Source: Oscillospiraceae bacterium
Lineage (GTDB): Bacteria; Bacillota; Clostridia; Oscillospirales; CAG-382
DNA: 64,000 nt
Assembly: GCA_015064955.1 (NCBI GenBank)
Contig: SVRD01000001.1
Location: 75,218 to 139,217, forward strand
Direction: 5' to 3'
Shown here piece after piece: positions 25,947-35,528 of the stretch (the first letter of the stretch is position 1; each line of letters begins with the position of its first letter). A program made the position numbers and the translations under genes. The notes beneath the pieces were generated by a model that was not told the origin of the DNA, did not search any database, and was given only the letters and a program-made list of their open reading frames with translations.

Positions 25947-26767
25947 ATCATGACAAAAAATCCCTCCCGATAGGCGTTTTCGATTCGGGGTTGGGCGGTC
26001 TGACCGCGCTTGACGAGCTGAAAAGGATACTTCCCAACGAGGACATTATCTATTTCGGCGACAGCGCGCGTATCCCCTACGGAACGAAATCGCGCTCGGT
26101 TATCGAAAAATTCGCGCTTCAGGATACCCGCTTTCTTTTGAGCAAGGGTGTAAAGGCGATACTCGTCGCCTGCGGCACCGTCAGCTCGAACTGCTTGGAC
26201 GAGGTAAAGAATCTGGCGGGAGTGCCCGTTGTTGTCGGAGTTATCGACGCGGCGGCGGAAAAGGCGGCGGAGATTGCCAAAAGCGGCAACGACAGAGTAG
26301 CGGTTCTCGGCACGAGCGCAACTATAAAAAGCCGTGCATTTGAGATCGCGCTGGAGAAAAACGGCGTCGGCGAAATAATCAGCCGCGCCTGCCCGATGTT
26401 CGTTCCGCTTGTCGAAAGCTGGCATACCGATACCGACGATACCGCCACCAACGCCATCGTTTCGGAATATCTTTCGCCGATCGCGGCAAATCCGCCCGCG
26501 GCTGTAATATTGGGCTGTACCCACTACCCTCTGCTTTCTGAGGTTATTCAAAAATATCTCCCCGAATCCGAGCTCGTCAGCTCGGGCGCGGAAGCGGCGA
26601 GAAGACTTGCAAGCGAGCTCGCCGAAAATGATCTTTTGAACCGAAGCGGCGGAAGGATAGAGTTTTACACAAGCGGCGGTGCCGAGCTTTTTGTCGAAAA
26701 CGCAGGAAGATTTTTGAGCAGCGACACCGTACCGAATGCAAATCATATCGACATAGAAAATTACTGA
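25943..26767 (+). CDS. murI: glutamate racemase
   Basis: 274 aa. Motifs GVFDSGLGGLT and ILGCTHYPLL carry the two catalytic Cys contexts. ATGA overlap with ddl. Confidence 0.95.
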   Translation: MNHDKKSLPIGVFDSGLGGLTALDELKRILPNEDIIYFGDSARIPYGTKSRSVIEKFALQDTRFLLSKGVKAILVACGTVSSNCLDEVKNLAGVPVVVGVIDAAAEKAAEIAKSGNDRVAVLGTSATIKSRAFEIALEKNGVGEIISRACPMFVPLVESWHTDTDDTATNAIVSEYLSPIAANPPAAVILGCTHYPLLSEVIQKYLPESELVSSGAEAARRLASELAENDLLNRSGGRIEFYTSGGAELFVENAGRFLSSDTVPNANHIDIENY

Positions 26768-26780
26768 TCAAGGAACAACA

Positions 26781-27227
26781 ATGAAGATACCCATAGATAT
26801 AAGAGTACGCAGTGAAAGGGTCAACCCCGACCCTCACAACCGCGTTACTGCGCCTGCAACCGAGGATTACACAGTTTCGGGCACACTTAAAAAGACAAAA
26901 AAGGGATACCGTATCGAATATGTCGAGCAGGGCGGTGAGGTCACCACTATGATCGACACCTTTGACGACAGCACGGTAACACTTAACCGCGTCGGCCCGA
27001 TAAACACAAGTCTTGTGTTTGCCGACGGCAAGGCGCACACCTGCATCTGCAACACGGGATTTTTCCCGCTTCAGATGTACGTCCGCACAAAAAGCATCGT
27101 CAATTCGATAACAATGGAGGGCGGAAAGCTCGATATCGACTACACCGTTGAAATAGTCGGTAATCTTGCCGAAAGAAGCAAGATCTCGCTGTCGGTTTCG
27201 CCCGACGTGAGCATTATTAAATCCTGA
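26781..27227 (+). CDS. DUF1934 (YwiB-like beta-barrel) protein
   Basis: 148 aa. Size and alternating beta-strand pattern (YRIEYVEQGGEVTTMIDTFDDSTVTLNRVG...) resemble DUF1934. Confidence 0.65.
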   Translation: MKIPIDIRVRSERVNPDPHNRVTAPATEDYTVSGTLKKTKKGYRIEYVEQGGEVTTMIDTFDDSTVTLNRVGPINTSLVFADGKAHTCICNTGFFPLQMYVRTKSIVNSITMEGGKLDIDYTVEIVGNLAERSKISLSVSPDVSIIKS

Positions 27228-27242
27228 ACATAAAGGTTTGTT

Positions 27243-28151
27243 ATGGCTATAAAAACACCGATAGACAGTATAATACTTCTCCCGCGCGATATATTGCCGC
27301 ATATCAAATCGGCAAGCGCCGAGGAATTGAAAATCTTAATATATCTTTTCGCGCATCCCGAAGCAAATATTGTCGATGCCGCACGTGAAATGGGAGTTAC
27401 CGTCGCAAAAGCCGAATCGGCTGTTTCGTTCTGGCGCGGTGCAGGTGTATTTGCCGAAGCCGAGGCAAAGAAAAAGGCTGTCGCGCAGGATACGAGCGTT
27501 TACCGCAATTACGACAGCGCGACTCTTTCCAAAGCATACGAAACAAATTCCGACTTTGCGCTCATCTGCCAGCTTGCAAGCGAAAAGCTCGAAAAGCAGC
27601 TTACCAAAAACGATATGAGCTCGCTTTTCTATCTCTACGATTTCGCAAGCCTTCCCGCCCCGCTCATCTGTGCGATAATCGAGGATTGCTGTGCAAACGG
27701 CAAAAAGAGTCCGCAATACGTCTTTAAAAGAGCTTTGGGGCTTTATGAGGACGGCATCGACGATTACAACAAGTTCGAGCAATATCTCGCAAAGCGCGAA
27801 TTACTCAACAGCAATATCGGAAAACTGAGAAGACTTTGCGGTCTCGGCGAGCGTGCACTTTCTTCAAAGGAAAGCAAGACCTTCGAGCGTTGGTTCACCG
27901 AATGGGCGTTCCCCTTTGAAACAGTCGAGCTGGCTTATGAAAAGACTGTCGATGCAAAGGGCAGCTTCTCGGTCGCATATATCAACGGCATACTCCAGCG
28001 CTGGCACGACAGCGGATTTGTCACCGCGGACGACGTGAAAAACGGCGATATAAAGAAAACCGCGGGAACCGACAGCAGTCTCGAAAGCGACGAATTCATC
28101 GAAGCGGCACTCACAAGAGGCTTCGAGGATCTTTTAGGGGATAAAAAATGA
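27243..28151 (+). CDS. DnaD domain replication initiation protein
   Basis: 302 aa. A winged-helix N-terminus and a C-terminal DnaD-type repeat (FSVAYINGILQRWHDSGFVTADDV), upstream of a DnaI/DnaC-like loader. Confidence 0.7.
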   Translation: MAIKTPIDSIILLPRDILPHIKSASAEELKILIYLFAHPEANIVDAAREMGVTVAKAESAVSFWRGAGVFAEAEAKKKAVAQDTSVYRNYDSATLSKAYETNSDFALICQLASEKLEKQLTKNDMSSLFYLYDFASLPAPLICAIIEDCCANGKKSPQYVFKRALGLYEDGIDDYNKFEQYLAKRELLNSNIGKLRRLCGLGERALSSKESKTFERWFTEWAFPFETVELAYEKTVDAKGSFSVAYINGILQRWHDSGFVTADDVKNGDIKKTAGTDSSLESDEFIEAALTRGFEDLLGDKK

Positions 28152-29068
28152 AGCTCAATGAAGCATTGAGAATAAAAACCGAAAAAAGAATAGCGGCGAT
28201 GGAGCAGGCGGAAAGCAGACGCGCCGAGCTCCATATCAGACTTCCGCGCACCCAGCAGATAGACGCACTTTTGCAGGATATCCCGATGCGTCTTATCACG
28301 GGTGAGGACGCCGAAATGCTCAAGCGTGAAAGCGAAGAGCTTGTTTCCGAGCGTAGCAGACTTTTGACCGCCGCAGGCTACGATCCCGACTACGACGAGC
28401 CGAAATTCGAATGCACGCTTTGCAACGACGGCGGCTATTGCGGACTGAAGCTTTGCCGCTGTATAAAAGAGATGCTCACCCAAAACACCTACCGCGAAAG
28501 CCCGCTTGCAAAGGGGCTTGTCGGCAAGACTTTTGAAAACTTCAGTCTTGATTTTTACGCCGAGGGCAACGAACGCGCACATATGGAAAAGCTGCTCGAG
28601 GGCTGTAAGCGCTACGCCGCAAGCTTCCCCGACGATAATTCATCGGGATTGTTTTTCCACGGCGGAACGGGATTGGGCAAAACTCATCTCACCGCAGCGA
28701 TCGCAACCAAGGTGGCAGACAAGGGTATGAGCGTTATTTACGAATCTGCCCAGCAAATATATGATACTCTCGACGCGGTGCGCTTTAACCGCGCGGATAT
28801 GTCGGAGCGCAAAAAATACGAAACCTGCTCGCTTCTTATCATCGACGACCTCGGTGCAGAATATATGAATCAGTACAACGTTTCGGTGCTCACCGGCATA
28901 ATCGATCTGAGAATAGTAAACGGCAAAAAGACAAATATATCCTCGAACCTCAACCCCGCAGGATTACGCAAGACCTACGGCGAACGGCTTTATTCACGCA
29001 TAATCGGCGAATTCCGTGTTTTGCAGTTTTTGGGCAAGGATATAAGAATGCAAAAAAACAAGGGATGA
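28148..29068 (+). CDS. DnaI/DnaC-like helicase loader ATPase
   Basis: 306 aa. Zn-binding N-terminus ([10 protein letters not shown]...CRC), Walker [11 protein letters not shown], Walker [15 protein letters not shown] overlap with the DnaD-domain gene. Confidence 0.8.
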   Translation: MKLNEALRIKTEKRIAAMEQAESRRAELHIRLPRTQQIDALLQDIPMRLITGEDAEMLKRESEELVSERSRLLTAAGYDPDYDEPKFECTLCNDGGYCGLKLCRCIKEMLTQNTYRESPLAKGLVGKTFENFSLDFYAEGNERAHMEKLLEGCKRYAASFPDDNSSGLFFHGGTGLGKTHLTAAIATKVADKGMSVIYESAQQIYDTLDAVRFNRADMSERKKYETCSLLIIDDLGAEYMNQYNVSVLTGIIDLRIVNGKKTNISSNLNPAGLRKTYGERLYSRIIGEFRVLQFLGKDIRMQKNKG

Positions 29069-29075
29069 TATATCT

Positions 29076-29519
29076 TTGAAAACAGTAAACATTTATACAG
29101 ACGGCGCCTGCAAGGGCAACCCCGGCGCAGGCGGCTGGAGCGCGATACTCGAATGCGACGGTTATGAAAAGGAGCTTTGCGGCGGTGAAAAAGCCACTAC
29201 AAACAACCGAATGGAGCTTACCGCGGCGATCGAGGGACTGAAGGCGCTGAAAAGCGAGTGCAGAGTAATACTTTACAGCGATTCGCAATATCTTGTAAAT
29301 GCAATAAACAAGGGCTGGCTCGAGAGCTGGAAGCAAAAGGGCTGGAAAAAGGCGGACAAATCCCCCGTTTTGAACGACGATCTCTGGAAAGAGCTCGATA
29401 AGCTTCTTTCCAAATACAAAACCGAATTCGTTTGGGTGCGCGGCCACGACGGCCATATATACAACGAGCGTTGCGATGCGCTTGCAAGCGGATATGCAGA
29501 AAGACTGAACGACCAATGA
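29076..29519 (+). CDS. rnhA: ribonuclease HI
   Basis: 147 aa. [16 protein letters not shown]...TNNRMEL...YSDSQY...[15 protein letters not shown] start at 29076 as given by the ORF track. Confidence 0.9.
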   Translation: MKTVNIYTDGACKGNPGAGGWSAILECDGYEKELCGGEKATTNNRMELTAAIEGLKALKSECRVILYSDSQYLVNAINKGWLESWKQKGWKKADKSPVLNDDLWKELDKLLSKYKTEFVWVRGHDGHIYNERCDALASGYAERLNDQ

Positions 29520-30382
29520 ACAAGCTAAGCGTTAAAAACTTTATTTTACTTACGATTGCGGGAGCGGTGAATGCGTTCGGGGTTACCTTTTTCCTCGCCC
29601 CCGTAAAGCTGTACGACAGCGGCGTTTCGGGCACTTCAATGCTTCTGTCACAGATCACACCCGAATGGATGAGTCTTTCGTTATTCCTGCTTATTCTGAA
29701 TATCCCGCTTTTCCTTTACGGACTGAAAAGGCAGGGCAAGGAATTCACGATCTACGCGGTCTATACCGTTACGATGTATTCGCTTTTTGCCTATCTCATC
29801 ACCGACGTATTTCCTATTGACGTCAGCGCGGCATCGCCGCTTGCCGAAAGCGATCTTTTGCTTTGCGCGCTGTTCGGCGGACTTATTTCCGGCGCGGGAA
29901 GCGGTCTTGCGATACGCTTCGGCGGTGCGATGGACGGTATCGAGGTGCTCGCGGTAATATTCGCAAAGCGCTTGGGTGTTACCGTCGGAACCTTCGTTAT
30001 GACCTACAACGTCGTTCTTTACGTAGTTTGCGGTCTTATATTGCAAAGCTGGATACTTCCCCTTTACTCTATCGTGGCATATATGGCGGCATTGAAGACG
30101 GTCGACTTTATCGTCGAGGGCTTTGACCGCTCGAAAGCGGCGATGATAATCACCTCGAATCCCAACGAGGTGGCGCAAAGGCTTTCCGAGGAATTCGGCT
30201 GCGGTATGACTTTGATCGACGCAAAGGGATTCTATTCCTCCTCGAAAATGACCGCAATCTATTTTATCGTAAACCGTTTCCAAGTCGGCAAAATGAAGAG
30301 CATCGTTCACGAATACGACCCGAAAGCATATATCACGATATCCGAGATCGCAAACGTGTTCAGCTCGAACGCCGATAAATAA
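29516..30382 (+). CDS. YitT family membrane protein (DUF2179 C-terminal domain)
   Basis: 288 aa from Met 29516 (ATGA overlap with rnhA). [29 protein letters not shown] is the typical YitT start. Confidence 0.8.
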   Translation: MNKLSVKNFILLTIAGAVNAFGVTFFLAPVKLYDSGVSGTSMLLSQITPEWMSLSLFLLILNIPLFLYGLKRQGKEFTIYAVYTVTMYSLFAYLITDVFPIDVSAASPLAESDLLLCALFGGLISGAGSGLAIRFGGAMDGIEVLAVIFAKRLGVTVGTFVMTYNVVLYVVCGLILQSWILPLYSIVAYMAALKTVDFIVEGFDRSKAAMIITSNPNEVAQRLSEEFGCGMTLIDAKGFYSSSKMTAIYFIVNRFQVGKMKSIVHEYDPKAYITISEIANVFSSNADK

Positions 30383-30403
30383 TAAAATAAAAGGAGAAAA
30401 GTT

Positions 30404-31405
30404 ATGTATTATCTTTACGCTGCGTTGGCAATCATTTTGGTAATCATTCTCGCAAACATCAGAATCGTTCCTCAGGCTCACGAATTCGTTATCGAATGGC
30501 TCGGTAAATACAAAGGCACCTGGGGCGCAGGTTTTCATATCAAGGTTCCGCTTTTTGAAAAGGTCGCAAAAAAGATCTCGCTCAAGGAGCAGGTGCTTGA
30601 TTCTCCTCCCCAGCCGGTTATCACCAAGGATAACGTAACAATGCAGATCGACACCGTCATTTACTATGCGGTCTACGATGCAAAGCTTTATGCATACGGC
30701 GCAGAAAACCCCATTTCCGCGCTCGCAAACCTCGCGGCAACCACTCTCCGTAACCTCGTCGGCGAGCTCGAGCTCGACGGAACGCTCACCTCGCGTGATA
30801 CCATCAACGCGAAAATGACAGCGATCCTCGACGAAGCGACAGACAAGTGGGGTATCAAGGTTCACCGCGTTGAATTGCGCAACATCATTCCTCCCGCAGA
30901 GATTCAGAATGCGATGGAAAAGCAGATGAAGGCAGAGCGTGACAGACGTGAAACCTTGCTTCAGGCAGAGGGTCACAAGGCGGCGGCAATCACCCGTGCA
31001 GAAGGCGAAAAGCAGGCTATGATACTCGCCGCAGAGGGCGAACGCGACGCAAGAATCGCTCGCGCAGAGGGCGAAGCACGCGCTATATATCTCTCGAAAA
31101 AGGCAGAAGCGGACGGTTTGATCGCTCTCCGTGAGGCAGGCGTTGACGGCGCAGTGCTCGAGCTCAAAAAATACGAGGCTCTCGTTGCGATGGCAGACGG
31201 CAAGGCATCGAAGATCATCGTTCCCACCGACACTGTAGAAATGGTCAAAAACAACGTTCTCTTCTCGGAAACCTCGGGTCTCGGCGACGTAACCAAGCCC
31301 GCACCCGAACCCCCCGCACCCGCAAAAAAGCCCGATCCCTGCTGTGACGAGCCCAAGGCTTCCCCCAAAAAGAAGGCTCCCAAGGCAAACGATATCTTTA
31401 TTTAA
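30404..31405 (+). CDS. SPFH/Band 7 (stomatin-like) family protein
   Basis: 333 aa. N-terminal TM helix, then IVPQAHEFVIEWLGKY...VITKDNVTMQIDTVIYY, a coiled-coil AEGE-rich region and a Pro/Lys-rich tail. Confidence 0.9.
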   Translation: MYYLYAALAIILVIILANIRIVPQAHEFVIEWLGKYKGTWGAGFHIKVPLFEKVAKKISLKEQVLDSPPQPVITKDNVTMQIDTVIYYAVYDAKLYAYGAENPISALANLAATTLRNLVGELELDGTLTSRDTINAKMTAILDEATDKWGIKVHRVELRNIIPPAEIQNAMEKQMKAERDRRETLLQAEGHKAAAITRAEGEKQAMILAAEGERDARIARAEGEARAIYLSKKAEADGLIALREAGVDGAVLELKKYEALVAMADGKASKIIVPTDTVEMVKNNVLFSETSGLGDVTKPAPEPPAPAKKPDPCCDEPKASPKKKAPKANDIFI

Positions 31406-31408
31406 AAG

Positions 31409-31444
31409 CAAACCTCCTGCGGTTTTATCCGCAGGAGGAATTTT
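31409..31444. terminator. bidirectional terminator
   Basis: CCTCCTGCGG (31413-31422) / CCGCAGGAGG (31429-31438) with flanking A and T runs, between convergent genes. Confidence 0.85.
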
Positions 31445-32326
31445 TTATTCAAGACTTTTTATCACCGAAAACAGCATTTCACAGTTTTCGGGCGAAAGGT
31501 CGGTAAGCGGTGCGCGAAGGATATTTTTGCAAAAACCCTTTTCGGCAAGCGCCGCCTTGATCGGAATCGGGTTTACCTCACAGCGAAGCGCATCGCAAAG
31601 CGGCATCAGCTCGGTCTGAAGCTCTGCCGCGCGCGATAGAATGCCGTCGAAATAAAGCGAGCAAAGCCTCTTTACCTCGAGCGGAACGATATTCGACATC
31701 ACCGAAATAACACCCTTTCCGCCGAGCGAAAGAATCGGCAAAATCCTGTCGTCGTTACCCGAATATATCGGCAGAGCGTCCTTGCAAAGCGAAATCGTGC
31801 GTGCGGTATCCGAAATACTGTCGCCCGCGTCCTTCAATCCGCAGGCAAGCTCGTTTTCGGCGATGCGGCGGGCGGTTTCGGGCTCGATCTTGACTCCTGT
31901 GCGCGAGGGAACGCTGTATGCGATAAACGGAAGCGATGAGGACTTCGAAACAGCGTCGTAATACTCGACAAGTCCCCTTTGCGTGCATTTGTTGTAATAG
32001 GGCGTAACCACGAGCAAGGCATCTGCGCCGACAAGCGCGGCATATTCCGACATAGCGCAGGCACGCCGAGTGTCGTTTGCACCCGTCCCCGCAATAACCG
32101 GAACCCTGCCGCGTACCTGCCTTACCGCAAACGAGATAAGCTCCTTTTTTTCTTCGTCGGTCAGAGTCGCGCTTTCGCCCGTCGTTCCGCATACAACCAA
32201 GGCGTCGATTCCGTTTGCGAGTTGAAAATCTATCATTTTTGCAAATGCGATATAATCTATCCCTTTTTCATCAAAGGGTGTGACAAGCGCGGTCGCGGCG
32301 CCGCGGAAAACAATCGTTTTTTTCAT
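31445..32326 (-). CDS. dapA: 4-hydroxy-tetrahydrodipicolinate synthase
   Basis: 293 aa. GAATALVTPFDEKGIDY...ALVVCGTTGESATLTDEEK is the canonical DapA pattern. Confidence 0.95.
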   Translation of the reverse strand: MKKTIVFRGAATALVTPFDEKGIDYIAFAKMIDFQLANGIDALVVCGTTGESATLTDEEKKELISFAVRQVRGRVPVIAGTGANDTRRACAMSEYAALVGADALLVVTPYYNKCTQRGLVEYYDAVSKSSSLPFIAYSVPSRTGVKIEPETARRIAENELACGLKDAGDSISDTARTISLCKDALPIYSGNDDRILPILSLGGKGVISVMSNIVPLEVKRLCSLYFDGILSRAAELQTELMPLCDALRCEVNPIPIKAALAEKGFCKNILRAPLTDLSPENCEMLFSVIKSLE

Positions 32327-32438
32327 ACGAGATTTTCCTTTTCTGTTGAATTTTAGCGTTTGGTGTAGTATAATTTATAAATCCTCTCGGAATAAGTATA
32401 TTCAGAATCAAACAACTTCGACAATAAAGGGAAAATCT

Positions 32439-33479
32439 ATGGATCTTTTGAAACGCTCAACGTATTTTTACGATCTTCCGCAGGAGCTTATCGCGCAGAC
32501 ACCGAGCGCAGTGCGCGATCAATCGCGTCTTCTCTGTCTCGACAAGGCAAGCGGAAATATCGAGCACAAGACCTTTTGCGATATAATAGACAGTCTTTCG
32601 ACAGGCGACTGCCTTGTTATCAACGATACCAAGGTTATCCCCGCGCGCCTTTTCGGCAAAGCAGAGGGCAGGGAGGGCGAAATAGAAACGGTTTTGCTTT
32701 CGCGCGTCGAGGGCGCAGAGGGCGAATGCTGGAAATGCCTCACCCGTCCCGGCAAAAAAACGAAGTGCGGTCAGAAAATCATCTATTCCGATGAGCTTTC
32801 GGGCACCGTTACCGATATTTTAGAGGGCGGATTGCGTGTTATTAAATTTGAGTACGACGGCGTTTTCAACGAAATTCTCGACCGTGTCGGAATTATGCCG
32901 CTCCCCCCTTACATAACCGAAAAGCTCGCCGACAAAAACAGATATCAGACAGTTTATGCAAAGACCGACGGCTCCGCCGCCGCACCTACCGCAGGGCTTC
33001 ATTTCACCCCCGAGCTTTTGAAAAAGGCAGAGGAAAAGGGTGTCGAGATAGTTCGCGTTTTACTTCACGTCGGCTTGGGTACCTTCCGCCCCGTCAAAGA
33101 GGACGACCTGAGCAACCACATTATGCACGCCGAATATATTAAGGTAACGCAGGAGGCGGCGGACAGAATAAACGCGGTCCACGCACGCGGCGGCAGAGTT
33201 ATCGCTGTCGGCACGACAAGCGTCCGCACACTCGAAACCGCCACCGGCGACGACGGCATTGTGCGCGCCTATGACGGCGAGACCTCGATTTTCATTCACC
33301 CCGGTGTAAAATTCAAATGTGTCGACGCGATAATCACCAACTTTCACCTTCCCGAGAGCACGTTGATCATGCTCGTTTGTGCCTTTGCGGGATATGAAAA
33401 CACGATGAAAGCTTACAAAGAAGCTGTCGAAAAGAGGTACCGCTTCTTCTCATTCGGAGATGCGATGTTTATTTCATAG
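32439..33479 (+). CDS. queA: S-adenosylmethionine:tRNA ribosyltransferase-isomerase
   Basis: 346 aa from Met 32439: MDLLKRSTYFYDLPQELIAQTPSAVRDQSRLL, ending in FFSFGDAMFI. Confidence 0.95.
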   Translation: MDLLKRSTYFYDLPQELIAQTPSAVRDQSRLLCLDKASGNIEHKTFCDIIDSLSTGDCLVINDTKVIPARLFGKAEGREGEIETVLLSRVEGAEGECWKCLTRPGKKTKCGQKIIYSDELSGTVTDILEGGLRVIKFEYDGVFNEILDRVGIMPLPPYITEKLADKNRYQTVYAKTDGSAAAPTAGLHFTPELLKKAEEKGVEIVRVLLHVGLGTFRPVKEDDLSNHIMHAEYIKVTQEAADRINAVHARGGRVIAVGTTSVRTLETATGDDGIVRAYDGETSIFIHPGVKFKCVDAIITNFHLPESTLIMLVCAFAGYENTMKAYKEAVEKRYRFFSFGDAMFIS

Positions 33480-33494
33480 CCCCAAACTCGCGCG

Positions 33495-33610
33495 GCGAGG
33501 TTTTGTGAGATTCGTTCGCTCGCGCCAAATCGGTGCATAAATGTCCCGATTTGCGAATCTCCAAGGTATATTTTTCGAGGCACATGTCCCCGAAAAATAT
33601 ATTATTTGTC
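33495..33610. repeat. mosaic intergenic repeat, copy 1 (27-nt hairpin core at 33571-33597)
   Basis: Core TTTTTCGAGGCACATGTCCCCGAAAAA with conserved flanks AAGGTATA / TATATTATTTGT. The left module GGTTTTGTGAGATTCGTTCGCTCGCGCC is shared with the 51765 region. The module GCATAAATG...TTGCGAATCTCC is shared with the 46300 region. Confidence 0.85.
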
Positions 33611-33743
33611 ATACTATATACTTACAATTTCGATGACGTTTCACTGATAAAACAAGCCAAAACCCATATATAACAAAAAGAGCAAGCACAAACGGTGCCT
33701 GCTCTTTCTGTTTTCGGAGAGCTGTATCTATTTGCAGGAGAAA

Positions 33744-34619
33744 TTACTCTGTTTCAAAAAAGGTATATTCGCATTCCTCGACAAGCTCTCGCTCGCCGTC
33801 TGCCGAGGTCTTGAAGGTATAGGTGCAGTTTCCGTGTTTATCATATTCATATTCGATCTCATACTCGTAAAATCCGATATGTTCGGTTCTTTTGTAAATA
33901 CAGCTTCCGTATTCGTCATAACGGTATTCGACGCTTTCAATCAGCTCGCCGCCGCTGTATTTCTTTTGGGAAAGCATTCTTCCCGATTCGTCGAAGCTGT
34001 ATTCGCAGTAGCCCTTACTGCCCGTATTGTCCTCCCAGGAAACAAGATTGCCGTCCTTGTCGTAATACTCGGACAATTCTGCTTTCCCCAACGGATTGCG
34101 TTTTTCCTTTTTGTAGCCGCCGTCGGAGTCATAGCTGTAATCATAGCCGACGATATCATTATAGGTCTCGCAAACAACTCGCTTTTGCTCGTCGTATTCG
34201 TATTCGACCGTGTTTTCAAAGCTGTTGCCCTCGTATTCTGCTGTGTACGCGGTTTTATATAAAATCAGCAGACCGTCGGAATTATAGCTGTTGCTTTCAA
34301 CCGTTTTCCCGCCGTAGCTCTCGGTAACGATGCTCAAAACCCGTCCCGCCTCGTCATAGCTGTAAACCGAAATCGAGTCACCGAGATTCGTCTTCATTTC
34401 GACACGTGCGACCCTGCCCTGTTCGTCATAGCTGTATTCGGTTATCGTGCTTCCTCCGTTGCTCGACTGCCTTGTTAAAAGCCATTTCCCCTCCTTTTGC
34501 TCCGATTCGGCTCCGCTTTCGTTTTCGTCTTCTTGGTTCTTGCAGGAAAACAGCGAAATCACAAACAAGAGCGAAAGCAGACATAGACAAATACTCTTAA
34601 ATACTTTCAAAACGATCAT
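33744..34619 (-). CDS. YD-repeat (RHS-repeat-like) lipoprotein, short form
   Basis: 291 aa. Signal plus lipobox (LLFVISLFSC), then about 10 degenerate YD-type repeats (YSYDEQGRV, YSYDEAGRV, YEYDEQKRV, YRYDEYGS, YEYDKHGN). There is no toxin-like C-terminal domain. Confidence 0.6.
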   Translation of the reverse strand: MIVLKVFKSICLCLLSLLFVISLFSCKNQEDENESGAESEQKEGKWLLTRQSSNGGSTITEYSYDEQGRVARVEMKTNLGDSISVYSYDEAGRVLSIVTESYGGKTVESNSYNSDGLLILYKTAYTAEYEGNSFENTVEYEYDEQKRVVCETYNDIVGYDYSYDSDGGYKKEKRNPLGKAELSEYYDKDGNLVSWEDNTGSKGYCEYSFDESGRMLSQKKYSGGELIESVEYRYDEYGSCIYKRTEHIGFYEYEIEYEYDKHGNCTYTFKTSADGERELVEECEYTFFETE

Positions 34620-34722
34620 TCCCTTCTGTTTTTTTTAATTTAAACACAAAACAGTAAAGAAAGCGGTAAAGAAAAGCGTTAAGAATTCGTAAAGATTTAA
34701 GTCAAAGTTTTAAATATGCCAC

Positions 34723-34751
34723 TTGAATGTTGGGCGTTTATATGATAAAAT
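34723..34751 (+). promoter_or_regulatory. sigma-A type promoter of the sufC-like operon
   Basis: TTGAAT (34723-34728), 17-nt spacer, extended -10 TGaTAAAAT (34743-34751). Confidence 0.6.
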
Positions 34752-34792
34752 ACACCAAAGCAATAAACAAGCACGAAAGGAATGATAAAGTA

Positions 34793-35527
34793 ATGCTTGA
34801 AATAAAGAACCTTTGCTTTTCCGCAAGCGACGGAACCGAGCGAAAGGATATACTTAAAAATATCGATCTAAATATAGAAAACGGTACTTTTCTTGTGCTC
34901 ACCGGCCCCAACGGCGGCGGTAAGACAACGCTCGCAAAAGCAATTTCGGGTATCGTTCAGGCCACCGGCGGAAAGATAATCTGGAACGGCACCGATATTT
35001 CCGATATGTCGATAACCGAGCGCGCACACCACGGCATCAGCTACGGCTTCCAGCAGCCTCCGAGATTCACGGGTATGACTGTCAAAGCGCTTTTGCAGAT
35101 TGCCGCAGGCGGAAAGAAGCTTTCGCGTCTCGACTGCTGTAATTATCTCAACAAGGTCGGTCTTTGCGCGGCGGACTACGTCGACCGCGAGGTTGACGCA
35201 TCGCTTTCGGGCGGCGAGGTAAAAAGAATCGAGATCGCAACGATTCTCGCACGCGGAAACGGATTGATGATTTTCGACGAGCCAGAAGCGGGTATCGACC
35301 TTTGGTCGTTTGCAAAGCTCACCGAAACCTTCCGCGAGCTTCACAAGGAAAGCGACGCAACGATTATCATAATCTCCCACCAGGAGCGCATCATCTCGCT
35401 TGCAGACGAGATCTGTGTGCTTTCGGGCGGCGAGATCGCACAGCACGGCGCGCGTGACGAGATCTTCCCCAAGCTTATGGCGGGCGATCTCAACTACGGC
35501 TGCCAATATATGAGAAAGGGCAACTGA
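34793..35527 (+). CDS. sufC: SufC-like Fe-S cluster assembly ABC ATPase
   Basis: 244 aa from Met 34793. Walker A GPNGGGKTT, signature LSGGEVKR, Walker B LMIFDEPEAG. Followed by a SufB/SufD-family gene. Confidence 0.75.
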   Translation: MLEIKNLCFSASDGTERKDILKNIDLNIENGTFLVLTGPNGGGKTTLAKAISGIVQATGGKIIWNGTDISDMSITERAHHGISYGFQQPPRFTGMTVKALLQIAAGGKKLSRLDCCNYLNKVGLCAADYVDREVDASLSGGEVKRIEIATILARGNGLMIFDEPEAGIDLWSFAKLTETFRELHKESDATIIIISHQERIISLADEICVLSGGEIAQHGARDEIFPKLMAGDLNYGCQYMRKGN

Positions 35528-35528
35528 T

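Noticed and set aside
29681-31411. Very long antisense ORFs: 576 aa here, plus 3272-4801, 1698-2687, 11436-12668, 25748-26746, 36236-37918, 43072-44547, 53307-54272, 59385-60614 and 6195-7160.
   Set aside because: Each is codon-aligned antisense to a gene with a confident homology call or with signal peptide, RBS and terminator support. Their translations are low-complexity (V/G/A/R/E-rich) with no RBS. They are explained by depletion of TTA/CTA/TCA codons in the sense genes.
32327-32438. Possible lysine riboswitch upstream of dapA.
   Set aside because: The divergent dapA-queA spacer is only 112 bp and shows none of the L-box conserved segments.
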